A stretch of DNA of 64,000 nucleotides from a bacterium UBP13_UBA5359. GTDB taxonomy: Bacteria; UBP13; UBA5359. The stretch lies in assembly GCA_002410925.1 (NCBI GenBank), contig DHPR01000033.1, positions 62,001 through 126,000 on the forward strand. The letters are read 5' to 3'. A program made the translations under genes and the position numbers. How positions within the stretch are numbered: position 1 is the stretch's first letter; each line of letters starts with the position of its first letter. This document shows, in pieces, positions 50,646 through 60,213 of this stretch. The notes under the pieces were generated by a model, which saw only the letters and a program-made list of their open reading frames with translations, was not told where the DNA came from and ran no database searches.

Positions 50646-51187
50646 CATCTGCAAAAAAAAGAGCCACTCTCTGGCTCGCTGTATCTCTGCTTTGCGGTCT
50701 CTTCTTCGGCATCTTTCTTCTTCCTAAGCTGGTGCTGCAAAAGAGCGTGGATCCTTTGGAGGACATAGCCGTAATTCAATCACCGACTTCTCAAATAGCG
50801 GCTAATGATAACCGGCACTCATCTGCAGATGTTTTACCGGCACGCCATACCGAAGCAACGGCAGAGAGTCCTGCTAAGAGGACTCTATCGGCGTTATCTG
50901 CCGAGACATCGACAGCTTCCGATAGTAATGAGCGAGCTGTGAGCCCTTCTTCTGCAGAGAATCTTACAGAGACCTTCTCTATTCAGGTAGGCAGCTTTTC
51001 CTCGTATGATAATGCTGAGGCTATGGCCGACAGAATGAAAGCCAGAGGGTATAGGCCTGTGATGATTGTTTCTGATGGAGCATCAACCAAAGTGCTTGTC
51101 GGCAGCTATTACGACAGAAGAAAAGCCGCCTTGGAAGCAGAAAAGCTGCAACAATCCGGCTGTCCGGCCTTTATCAGAGCGGATTAA
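50636..51187 (+). CDS. SPOR-domain membrane-anchored protein
   Basis: N-terminal TM, low-complexity S/A/T linker, C-terminal IQVGSFSSYDNA..KVLVG.Y. Confidence 0.88.
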   Translation: MPLASAKKRATLWLAVSLLCGLFFGIFLLPKLVLQKSVDPLEDIAVIQSPTSQIAANDNRHSSADVLPARHTEATAESPAKRTLSALSAETSTASDSNERAVSPSSAENLTETFSIQVGSFSSYDNAEAMADRMKARGYRPVMIVSDGASTKVLVGSYYDRRKAALEAEKLQQSGCPAFIRAD

Positions 51188-51314
51188 GCAATAATCTCCC
51201 TTATATGACAGATTTATACCTGAAAGCCATTTTGCCGCCTGCTATTATTTAATATAAAATCGGCGGTAAGCCGCGATATCGCCAATAGATGATATCAGAG
51301 GGTAAGAGGCAGGT

Positions 51315-52376
51315 ATGAACGGAGAATATTATCTTGATTTGGCCGCAGAGGGGTTATGCATGCCTATAGGAGCAGATCTGATACTGCATCAGCATAAGGA
51401 TGCAGAGGCAATTCTGCTGGATGGCGAGCGTTTGGGCAGAATACTGGAGGAGACGGCGTATCATTTTTCTACCCCATTAGCAATTCCTCATATGAATTTG
51501 GAACTGGAGAAGGAGCTCTTGCTGAAGATGATCGACCTTCCTCCGGAAGAGATGACGGGATTCCGTTTTGCAGCGGCACCCGGTCCGGATGTATTTGCTT
51601 TAGTGAAGGAACAACTAGGAAAGCCATTGTTGCCAGCAATACAAGCTCAAATCGATGCGCTCAGGTATATTGCCGCCAGAAGAGAGCTCTTGCCTGTGGG
51701 AATGTCTATAGGACCTTTTTCATTGATGACCAAGCTGGTTGCTGATCCTATTATTCCGGTATGTATGGCAGGAAGAGGAGTTACGTCTGACGATAATGCG
51801 GAGGTCAGGCTGGTGGAGAGGGTTCTTGATCTGGGTTTGCTTATCATATTGCATAACATACGTATGCAAATCGAGGCCGGGGCTAAGGCTCTCTTTATAG
51901 CCGAACCGGCGGCAAATAAAGTATATTTTTCGCCAAATCAGCTTAAATGCGGCTCGGATATCTTTGAACGTTACGTGATGACCTATAATTATCAAATCAA
52001 GGCCTTGCTTGATTCTTACGGCGTAGACCTTATCTTTCACTGTTGTGGCGAGTTGATTGATTATATGGTGGAAGAGTTTGTAAAGTTGGATCCGGCTGTA
52101 TTGAGCCTGGGCAGTTCGCGTAAGCTGTGGGAAGATGCGGCGTTGGTGCCGAAGAGTACGGTACTCTTCGGCAATCTTCCATCCAAGCAGTTCTATTCAG
52201 ATAGTCTGATAACAGTGGAAGAGGTTATCAGGTATGGAAAGGAGCTTCTTGAGAAGATGCGGCGAATCGGCCATCCATTTATTCTGAGCAGTGAATGTGA
52301 TATCCTCAGCGTTCCCGGTTGCCAGGAGATTATTATGCGAAAAGCCGAAGTGATCCAGCGCGATTTATTAGCGTAA
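51315..52376 (+). CDS. Uroporphyrinogen decarboxylase/methyltransferase (URO-D) family protein
   Basis: GPFSL, QIEAGA...IAEPAA, FSP, IFHCCG, LFGNLPS, FILSSECD. Confidence 0.82.
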   Translation: MNGEYYLDLAAEGLCMPIGADLILHQHKDAEAILLDGERLGRILEETAYHFSTPLAIPHMNLELEKELLLKMIDLPPEEMTGFRFAAAPGPDVFALVKEQLGKPLLPAIQAQIDALRYIAARRELLPVGMSIGPFSLMTKLVADPIIPVCMAGRGVTSDDNAEVRLVERVLDLGLLIILHNIRMQIEAGAKALFIAEPAANKVYFSPNQLKCGSDIFERYVMTYNYQIKALLDSYGVDLIFHCCGELIDYMVEEFVKLDPAVLSLGSSRKLWEDAALVPKSTVLFGNLPSKQFYSDSLITVEEVIRYGKELLEKMRRIGHPFILSSECDILSVPGCQEIIMRKAEVIQRDLLA

Positions 52377-52404
52377 CCGGATTCCTGATACTATTTAAAG
52401 ACTA

Positions 52405-52449
52405 TTGACATTTTTGAATCACGAAGTTAATATAAACGTATGTTTATAT
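52405..52449 (+). promoter_or_regulatory. Promoter with overlapping ArsR-type operator
   Basis: TTGACA-17 bp-TAATAT; palindrome ATATAAAC-GTAT-GTTTATAT at 52430-52449 covers the -10 and start site. Confidence 0.8.
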
Positions 52450-52453
52450 ATTT

Positions 52454-52765
52454 ATGGAGGATATGACCTTGGTATCCATGGCAGATATATTTAGGGCTCT
52501 TGGAGACCCTACCAGGTTGAAGATTGTCGAGATATTGTCACATAGCGAGGAGATATGTGTTTGTAAGATAACAGAGGAGTTGGAAATGACCCAGCCGGCC
52601 GTATCTCATCATCTTTCAATTTTGAAGCATGTCGGATTGGTTGAAGCTAGAAGATGCGGACGCTGGATGCATTATTCTCTCTGCCGGGAAGCCTTGCTGC
52701 ATACCATACAACAGTTCATGGTATCGCTGGCAGAAGAGGCACATGCAATGCCGAGCAGCAAATGA
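52454..52765 (+). CDS. ArsR/SmtB-family metalloregulator
   Basis: FRALGDPTRLKIV, EICVC, QPAVSHHLSILK, G.W..YSL. Confidence 0.95.
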   Translation: MEDMTLVSMADIFRALGDPTRLKIVEILSHSEEICVCKITEELEMTQPAVSHHLSILKHVGLVEARRCGRWMHYSLCREALLHTIQQFMVSLAEEAHAMPSSK

Positions 52766-52847
52766 ATAATCCGGTATTATGCATGGAAAAGAAGCAGCAG
52801 TTATCGGTTTCCGACAACGCGTGATGAGAGAAATAGGAGGATGTTTG

Positions 52848-53864
52848 ATGAGTTTACTTAAATCGTTTTGTGGTATTTTAAATAACCAGCTTCTTAAAAT
52901 GGAGTGGCTGTACCAAGCGGTGCAAGCACTTGTTGAGAGAGTTTTTGGCCTGGATATGAGTACTAGACTCGGCGGCAGCATCCACTTTTTCCTTTACGAT
53001 ACTGCAAAAATATTTATCCTTCTTTCAGTGCTTATTTTTGTCATCTCATTCGTGCAAAGCTATTTTCCGCCTGAGCGAACCCGTGCAATTCTTGGGCGGT
53101 TCAATGGAATTACCGCTAATGTTTCGGCCGCATTATTGGGAACGGTTACTCCGTTTTGTTCCTGCTCATCAATTCCACTTTTCATCGGCTTCATCGGTGC
53201 GGGGTTGCCTATTGGCGTCACCTTCTCTTTTTTAATCTCCTCGCCTTTGGTCGACTTGGCATCAATCCTCTTGTTAGCCGGCATTTTCAACTGGAAAATA
53301 GCTCTTGCTTACGTGGTGGTAGGGCTTGCGCTGGCTGTAACAGGAGGGACTCTTATCAGCAAGCTGAGATTGGAAAAATATGTGGAACCTTTTGTTTTCA
53401 GCAATCGGATGGCAGTAGCCGATACGCCTCAAATGGACTGGAGCGCTCGCCTAGCCTTCGCCAAGGAGCAGGCAATGGAGATAGTTCATAAGGTCTGGCT
53501 CTATATCATCATTGGTGTCGTCGTCGGTGCGCTTATTCATAACTGGATACCGGAAAATATTATCGCAGCCATTCTGGGTAAAAAGAACGGCTTCTCGGTA
53601 TTGATTGCCACACTGATCGGTATTCCGATGTATGCAGATATCTTTGGAACCTTGCCTGTGGCAGAGGCTCTTGTGACAAAGGGCGTGGGAATTGGCACAG
53701 CACTCTCTTTTATGATGGCTGTAACGGCTCTGTCGTTACCATCGATGATCCTGCTTAAAAAGGTTGTCAAAACCAAACTGTTGGTCATCTTTGTAGGGAT
53801 TGTAACGTTAGGTATTACTCTAATTGGCTATCTCTTTAATGCCCTTGGATATTGGTTTATATAA
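52848..53864 (+). CDS. DUF318/ArsP-type permease
   Basis: SD AGGAGG; TPFCSCSSIP, FLISSP, IHNWIP, GIPMY, LSLP. Confidence 0.92.
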   Translation: MSLLKSFCGILNNQLLKMEWLYQAVQALVERVFGLDMSTRLGGSIHFFLYDTAKIFILLSVLIFVISFVQSYFPPERTRAILGRFNGITANVSAALLGTVTPFCSCSSIPLFIGFIGAGLPIGVTFSFLISSPLVDLASILLLAGIFNWKIALAYVVVGLALAVTGGTLISKLRLEKYVEPFVFSNRMAVADTPQMDWSARLAFAKEQAMEIVHKVWLYIIIGVVVGALIHNWIPENIIAAILGKKNGFSVLIATLIGIPMYADIFGTLPVAEALVTKGVGIGTALSFMMAVTALSLPSMILLKKVVKTKLLVIFVGIVTLGITLIGYLFNALGYWFI

Positions 53865-53890
53865 AAAAAGAAAAGCAAGGAGGAAGAAGC

Positions 53891-54175
53891 ATGGAAATCA
53901 AAGTTCTGGGTCCCGGGTGCGCCAGCTGCATCAAGCTGGAGAAGATGGTTAAAGAGGTTGCAAGTGAATTGGGTATCACGGATCCTGTGCAGAAAATATC
54001 CGCCATTCAAGAGATGATGTCTTATGGGATCATGGCCATGCCCGCTCTGGTGGTGGATGGCAAGGTGAAATTTTCCGGCCGGGTACCGAGCAAGGAAGAG
54101 ATCAAAAAGCACCTGCAAGGCGGGCAATGTGGCACATCTTGCGACTGTAACGGTGGATGCTGTTCTACGGAATAA
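53891..54175 (+). CDS. Small redox-active disulfide protein (MTH895/thioredoxin_3 type) with Cys-rich tail
   Basis: MEIKVLGPGCASC, YGIMAMPALVVDG.V..SGRVPS; tail CGTSCDCNGGCC. Confidence 0.92.
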   Translation: MEIKVLGPGCASCIKLEKMVKEVASELGITDPVQKISAIQEMMSYGIMAMPALVVDGKVKFSGRVPSKEEIKKHLQGGQCGTSCDCNGGCCSTE

Positions 54176-54318
54176 GATTGCGCTTGTACAGCTGAATAGA
54201 TGCTTCTCTGATTAATGCTTCTCGTTAACGGGTATATCAGATTATCAACTCAATAGATGTATCGGCATTGCGAAAAGAGCTGATACGGAAAGGGAGTCGT
54301 GCTTTCTGCACGGTTTAA

Positions 54319-56190
54319 ATGAGAGAGCTATTTCCGGAACTGGAGAAGCTGCTGGAATGTGTGCATATTCTTATTATGGATATGGAGTTTCGCATTATTT
54401 TCTGGGGCATGGCAGACATACAACTATACGGATTTAGCCGTGAAGAGGCCATCGGGCGCGCCGTATATGACCTTTTGAAAACGGAGTTTCCCTATCCGTT
54501 AGAGAAAATCAAGACCGATCTGATATCGGAGGGCAAGTGGCACGGCGATTTAGTGCATACGCTCAAGAATGGTAAAAGAATCACGGTTAATAGTTGTTGG
54601 GTGCTCTATACCGGCCTCAACGGTTCTCCTACAGCCATTGTAGAGGTCAACAACGATATCACTGAAAGAAAATTAGCGGAAGAACGCCTGGGAAAGAACC
54701 TGAGAGATACGGAATATTTATCTGCTACGGCCATGCATTTTCTTGAACCGATGTCGCACAGAGAATTCTTTCGGTATACAGCAGAGCAATTGCAGGCGAT
54801 TTCAGGCAATGCAATGGTTGCACTAAGTGAATATGATTCGCGTACAGATGAGCTTATACTGCGAGCGCTCTCAGGCTCTGCAGACAAATTGCAGAGAGCT
54901 GTTGCCATACTTGGACGGGACCCCGTTGGTCTTAGATACAGAGCAAGCAAGGATATCCGCAAGCAAATGGCTGGAGGCCGACTTGATTCTCTTGAGGGGA
55001 GCGCCTGTGAGCTGATATTCAATCAGCTGCCTTTGCCTCTTTGCAAGCAAATTGAGGAGGAACTTCATCTGGGCGGTATCTACGCGATGCCCTTCTCTCT
55101 TGGCGAAGACTTCATGGGCACAGCAGCGATAATAACCGACCGTGATGAGGAGTTGAAAAACAGCCGGCTGGTTGAAGCAATCGTTAATCAAGCCATCTTG
55201 GCACTTAAACGTAACAGAACTGAAAAAGATCTCAAAAGGAGTGAAGCCAGGTTTCGAGCTACCTTTGATCATGCGGGCATAGGTATGACTATTGTTGATG
55301 TAAAGGGAAGGATTATAAAGGCAAATCAGGCCTTTGTGCAGGTTATCGGCTATACCTTGCAAGAGCTGACCAATATGCATGTCAATGATTATATATATCC
55401 ACCGGACCAGCTTTACGATAACGAATTATTGCAGGAGATGATCGAGGGAAAGCGTGATAGCTATCAAGCGGAGAAACGCTATGTAACTAAGGACGGCAGA
55501 ATAATATGGGGCAGGCTGACTGCATCCATAGCACGAAACCCATTACCGGAGCCGCCATTCATTATCAGAATGCTAGAGGATATTACAGAGCGCAAGTTGT
55601 CGGAAGAGCGTGAGGCAAAGCGAAAGGAGGAGCAGTTTGAGTTCTATCGGCGAACCATTTTAGCTGCCACCGAAGGCAAATTGGTAATAACTGAGAAAGA
55701 TGAAATATTCAGTATCTCGGGAGAGACTATTGTGACTTGGCCGCTTGAAAAGTCGGAAAATCTCAGTGATGTGCGTCATGAGGTGATAGAGATTGTTAAG
55801 AGCGCAGGTATTGCGGAGGCCAGAGTAGATGTCTTTGCGATAGCTGTGGGGGAGGCTTTGACCAATGCGATCAAGCATGCGCATGCAGGCACGGCAACAA
55901 TGCACAAACCGGCAGAGGGCCTGATGTTGGTGGTTACCGATCAGGGGCCGGGCATCCCGGCGCTGACACTACCGGAAGTGGCATTAAAAAGAGGATATTC
56001 GACTGCAGGTACCCTGGGTATGGGATACAAATTTATGATTACATTTGCAGACAGAGTCTATCTGGCAACAGGTCCCGGAGGTACCACCGTTGGACTGCTA
56101 CTGCAGCTTCAGCCACCCAAAAAGCCTCAAACCGAATTATTACCGTTATGTGCCATGCTGGCGATGGAACAGGGGGAACTAAACACGTGA
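54319..56190 (+). CDS. PAS-GAF-PAS sensor fused to RsbT/anti-sigma-type ATP-binding kinase domain
   Basis: Two PAS/PAC units ending DITERK; C-terminal EALTNAIKHA, DQGPGI, GYSTAGTLGMG; no H-box. Confidence 0.8.
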   Translation: MRELFPELEKLLECVHILIMDMEFRIIFWGMADIQLYGFSREEAIGRAVYDLLKTEFPYPLEKIKTDLISEGKWHGDLVHTLKNGKRITVNSCWVLYTGLNGSPTAIVEVNNDITERKLAEERLGKNLRDTEYLSATAMHFLEPMSHREFFRYTAEQLQAISGNAMVALSEYDSRTDELILRALSGSADKLQRAVAILGRDPVGLRYRASKDIRKQMAGGRLDSLEGSACELIFNQLPLPLCKQIEEELHLGGIYAMPFSLGEDFMGTAAIITDRDEELKNSRLVEAIVNQAILALKRNRTEKDLKRSEARFRATFDHAGIGMTIVDVKGRIIKANQAFVQVIGYTLQELTNMHVNDYIYPPDQLYDNELLQEMIEGKRDSYQAEKRYVTKDGRIIWGRLTASIARNPLPEPPFIIRMLEDITERKLSEEREAKRKEEQFEFYRRTILAATEGKLVITEKDEIFSISGETIVTWPLEKSENLSDVRHEVIEIVKSAGIAEARVDVFAIAVGEALTNAIKHAHAGTATMHKPAEGLMLVVTDQGPGIPALTLPEVALKRGYSTAGTLGMGYKFMITFADRVYLATGPGGTTVGLLLQLQPPKKPQTELLPLCAMLAMEQGELNT

Positions 56191-56314
56191 ATGTATATTC
56201 ATTTCTTAAATATTTCCACCGTAAAGGATTATGCCCCGGCGTCGGCTTTGCGCAGCAGCAATCAATTCACCTACACGCTTTACCTGGTGCATGATATAAT
56301 ATCACCGGTGATGT

Positions 56315-57637
56315 TTGTTGTTTAGTAATTTCAATTATCATATAATTACGTACGGCTGCCAGATGAATAAGGCCGATTCCGAGCGTATAGCCGGATTACT
56401 TTCCAATGCAGGAGGCAGTTCGGTCGATGATCCTGCAAAGGCGGATATTATACTGCTTAACACCTGTAGTGTCAGAGATCATGCTGAACAGAGAATTTAC
56501 GGCAAGCTGGGTGAGCTGAAAAGGTATAAGAATAATCGGCCCGGCATGAAGATAGGCGTTTGCGGTTGCATGGCGCAAAAAGAGGGGGAAGCGCTGCTAT
56601 CCAGAGTGCCCTATGTGGATATGGTAGTAGGTCCCGATAATCTGCATCGCATTCCTGAATTATTGCTTGATGGTGGGATAGCAGTTGAAGAGGGCAATCT
56701 TCCTAATGTATTGCCGGTACAGAGAGAGAACGATCTTCATGCCTGGGTAACGGTTATTCGAGGCTGTAATAACTTTTGCTCATACTGCATTGTGCCCTAT
56801 GTCAGGGGAAGAGAACGCAGCCGGCCGGCCGGTGTGATCGTTGATGAGATCAAGGCTTTGGCTGATGATGGCTGCCGGGAAGTGACCCTTCTGGGCCAGA
56901 ACGTCAACAGTTATGGCAAAGATATAACCAATGATTGCGATTTTGCTGATTTATTGGCAAGAATTAATGCTATCGATGGTATAAAGAGGATACGCTTTGC
57001 TACATCGCATCCCAAGGACATGTCTGATCGCCTGATCCGAGCCATTACGGATCTCCCCAAGGTCTGCGAGCATATTCACCTCCCTGTTCAGGCAGGCGAC
57101 GACGATACGTTGCGGCGCATGGGGAGGGGGTATACAGTGGCGGATTACAGATGGCTGGTGGATAGAATCCGTGCAGCAATTCCAAATATAACTTTATCTA
57201 CCGATGTAATTGCAGGGTTTCCAGGAGAGAGTGAGAGTGCTTTTCAAAACACTGTGAAGCTCTTTAAGAGTATACGATATGATCAGGCCTTCATGTTCTA
57301 TTATTCGCCACGGACAGGTACTCGGGCAGCTTCTCTGAAGGAACAGCTCCCTCTGGCAGTTAGAAAGCGGCGTCTGGCAGAGCTTATTGAACTTCAAAAG
57401 AACATTACCTGTGAGATCAATGAAGCAGCTGTCGGCAAGGTGGAAGAGGTTATGATAGACAGGGATAACCCCTCTGACACAGAGAGCATGATGGGTCTTA
57501 CTCGAGGCGGCAAGAAGGTGGTTATCAAGGAAGCAGCACCCGGCAGCCGAGGCTCCGTGGTGAATGTGCGTCTTAATCAAGCGTATCTCTGGGGCTTCAC
57601 AGGAGAGCCGGTGGAGGCATTATGCAGCAATCGCTGA
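56315..57637 (+). CDS. miaB: tRNA-2-methylthio-N6-dimethylallyladenosine synthase
   Basis: TYGCQMN, NTCSVR, GCMAQ, radical-SAM CNNFCSYC, GQNVNSYG, TSHP, TRAM domain. Confidence 0.96.
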   Translation: MLFSNFNYHIITYGCQMNKADSERIAGLLSNAGGSSVDDPAKADIILLNTCSVRDHAEQRIYGKLGELKRYKNNRPGMKIGVCGCMAQKEGEALLSRVPYVDMVVGPDNLHRIPELLLDGGIAVEEGNLPNVLPVQRENDLHAWVTVIRGCNNFCSYCIVPYVRGRERSRPAGVIVDEIKALADDGCREVTLLGQNVNSYGKDITNDCDFADLLARINAIDGIKRIRFATSHPKDMSDRLIRAITDLPKVCEHIHLPVQAGDDDTLRRMGRGYTVADYRWLVDRIRAAIPNITLSTDVIAGFPGESESAFQNTVKLFKSIRYDQAFMFYYSPRTGTRAASLKEQLPLAVRKRRLAELIELQKNITCEINEAAVGKVEEVMIDRDNPSDTESMMGLTRGGKKVVIKEAAPGSRGSVVNVRLNQAYLWGFTGEPVEALCSNR

Positions 57638-60177
57638 CACCTATGCTGAAGCAGTATTATACAGTCAAGGCGGAGGTGGAGGATGCCTTTCTCTTCTTCC
57701 GATTGGGCGATTTTTATGAGCTGTTCGGTGAGGATGCCGAGTTGGCTTCTCGCCTTCTGGAGATAACGCTCACCTCCAGAGAGGCCGGCAGAAACAGGCG
57801 TATTCCTATGTGCGGTGTTCCTTATCACTCAGCCGATAAGTATATTGTCCGTCTGGTAAAGAAGGGGTATAGCGTAGCTATCTGTGAACAGGTGGAGAAT
57901 CCCGATGCGGCTAAAGGCCTGGTACGCCGCGAGATTGCCAGAATAGTCACACCCGGTACGCTGGTGGATGATAATTTCCTGGAGGCCAGAGGCAATAACT
58001 ATCTGCTGGCGGTAGCTTTGGAAGGTGCTGATTACGGGCTGGCCTATGCCGATATTTCCACAGCCGAATTCAAGTTGACCAATCTGCAAACCAAGGAGGA
58101 ACTGCTCAATGAGATAGATCGCCTGCAACCGGCCGAAATACTTCTGTCGCCGGCACTGGCGGAAGAGAGGGAGAGCCTGCTGTCGATAACGACCGCTCCC
58201 TTGCACGAGGGCGATGATATGACGGTTGAGAGGGCTAAGGATACTCTCTGCCGTCACTTTGGAGTAATGTCACTGGCTGGATTCGGATGCGAGAAGATGG
58301 GTGCAGCGCTTAAGGCTGCCGCCTCAGTTATGAATTACTTGCGCCAGACGCAGATGCAGGAATTACCGCATATTACCTCTTTGAGCGCTTATGGATGCAG
58401 CGGGCGTATGATTCTGGACAGGGCAACCGTACGCAGCCTGGAGTTAACTTTCAATATGCGCGACGGCGGCCGTCAGGGTACGCTTTTGGGCGTATTGGAC
58501 CAGACAGTAACGACTATGGGAGGACGTTTGCTGCGCCGCTGGATAATGGAGCCTCTGGTAAAGGTTTCTGATATAGAGCATCGTCTGGAAGCTGTTCAAG
58601 AGATGCTCTCCTCCCGTAAGACTTCAGAGCTCATGCATCAGTATTTGGAAGCGGTATACGATCTGGAGCGACTTCTGGGCCGTATCACTCTGGGACAGGC
58701 CAATGGTCGTGATCTGGTGGCCTTCAGATCATCGTTAGCTGCCTTACCTGATATAAAGACTCTGCTGTCGGCTGCAGAGACGCCTTTGCTCAAATCCCTT
58801 GGCAAGGATATCACCTTGCTGGAGGATATACGGCAGATGATTGCCTCAGCTATAGTGGATGAACCGCCTCTGACATTACGAGATGGCGGTATCATTCGTG
58901 GCGGTTTTAACGAGGAATTGGATCGCCTGCGTTCCATCTCTAAGGAGGGAAAAGGCTGGCTGAGCCGGATAGAGCTGCAGGAGCGAGAGCGGACGGGAAT
59001 CAAAAACTTGAAGATAGGCTTTAATCAAGTTTTCGGCTATTATATCGAGGTTACCAAGACTAATCTGGCACAGGTGCCGGACGAGTATATACGTAAACAG
59101 ACCATGGCTAATGCAGAGCGCTACATAACGCCGGAGCTTAAAGATTATGAGAGCATGATCCTTAACGCAGAAGAGAGAATAGGGGCTCTGGAATATGAGC
59201 TTTTCAATCAGGTGCGAGATGCAATAATTCCCTATGCTGAGGAGATTCAGCAGACAGCGGCTGCAGTGGCGCAAGCTGATGTCCTTCTCTCTTTTGCTGC
59301 AGCAGCCGGAAGAAACGCTTATTGCCGGCCTGCCATCAGTGAGGATGATGCTATCCTGATAAAGGATGGTCGTCATCCGGTGGTGGAGCGAGGCAGCAAT
59401 GCTTATGTTCCCAACGATACGGATATTGCCGGCACTGATTCGCATGTCATGATTATCACCGGGCCTAACATGGCCGGTAAATCTACTTATCTACGGCAGG
59501 TAGCTCTGATAACTTTGATGGCGCAGATAGGCTCCTTTGTTCCGGCAGCGGAGGCGCGGATAGGTCTGGTAGACAGAGTATTCTGCCGGGTAGGTGCGCA
59601 TGATGATCTGGCGGCCGGACAGAGCACTTTTATGGTAGAGATGACGGAAATGGCCAACATCCTTAACTATACTACCGCTCGCAGCCTGATACTTATCGAT
59701 GAGCTGGGACGGGGTACCAGCACATTCGACGGCATGAGCATTGCCTGGGCTATTGTGGAAGCCTTGCATGATCTGGGAGCAAAGACTCTTTTTGCTACCC
59801 ATTATCATCAGCTCAATGAGCTGGAGGAGCGTTTGCGAGGGGTACGTAATTATCGTGTTCTGGTGCGGGAAGAGGGCGACGATATCATCTTTTTGCATCG
59901 CATAGCCGCAGGCGGCACCGATCGCAGTTATGGTATAGAGGTTGCCCGGCTGGCCGGTATCCCACGCCGGGTGGTGGAGAGGGCTAAAAACGTTCTGCGC
60001 GAGCTTGAGGGTAGGCGCCTGGAGATGCCGCAGGCCATGCCGGCCGATCAGCTAAGCCTCTTCACGGCACCGGAAGATCCCTTGCTAGGTGAGATAAGAG
60101 CTCTCGATATCCTTAATATGACGCCGCTGGAGGCTATGAATAGATTGCAAAAGATAAAAGACCGTTTGATTGAATAA
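57622..60177 (+). CDS. mutS: DNA mismatch repair protein MutS
   Basis: TPMLKQY, GDFYELF, PMCGVP, TGPNMAGKSTYLRQ, STFMVEM, DELGRGTST, ATHYH, SYGIEVA. Confidence 0.99.
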   Translation: MQQSLTPMLKQYYTVKAEVEDAFLFFRLGDFYELFGEDAELASRLLEITLTSREAGRNRRIPMCGVPYHSADKYIVRLVKKGYSVAICEQVENPDAAKGLVRREIARIVTPGTLVDDNFLEARGNNYLLAVALEGADYGLAYADISTAEFKLTNLQTKEELLNEIDRLQPAEILLSPALAEERESLLSITTAPLHEGDDMTVERAKDTLCRHFGVMSLAGFGCEKMGAALKAAASVMNYLRQTQMQELPHITSLSAYGCSGRMILDRATVRSLELTFNMRDGGRQGTLLGVLDQTVTTMGGRLLRRWIMEPLVKVSDIEHRLEAVQEMLSSRKTSELMHQYLEAVYDLERLLGRITLGQANGRDLVAFRSSLAALPDIKTLLSAAETPLLKSLGKDITLLEDIRQMIASAIVDEPPLTLRDGGIIRGGFNEELDRLRSISKEGKGWLSRIELQERERTGIKNLKIGFNQVFGYYIEVTKTNLAQVPDEYIRKQTMANAERYITPELKDYESMILNAEERIGALEYELFNQVRDAIIPYAEEIQQTAAAVAQADVLLSFAAAAGRNAYCRPAISEDDAILIKDGRHPVVERGSNAYVPNDTDIAGTDSHVMIITGPNMAGKSTYLRQVALITLMAQIGSFVPAAEARIGLVDRVFCRVGAHDDLAAGQSTFMVEMTEMANILNYTTARSLILIDELGRGTSTFDGMSIAWAIVEALHDLGAKTLFATHYHQLNELEERLRGVRNYRVLVREEGDDIIFLHRIAAGGTDRSYGIEVARLAGIPRRVVERAKNVLRELEGRRLEMPQAMPADQLSLFTAPEDPLLGEIRALDILNMTPLEAMNRLQKIKDRLIE

Positions 60178-60213
60178 GCTAAAATGTTAAATGGCGGGCA
60201 GAGGAGTAATGAG

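Noticed and set aside
53891..54175. Selenocysteine recoding in the redox or metal proteins
   Set aside because: No in-frame TGA at catalytic Cys positions; the CxxC is encoded by ordinary Cys codons
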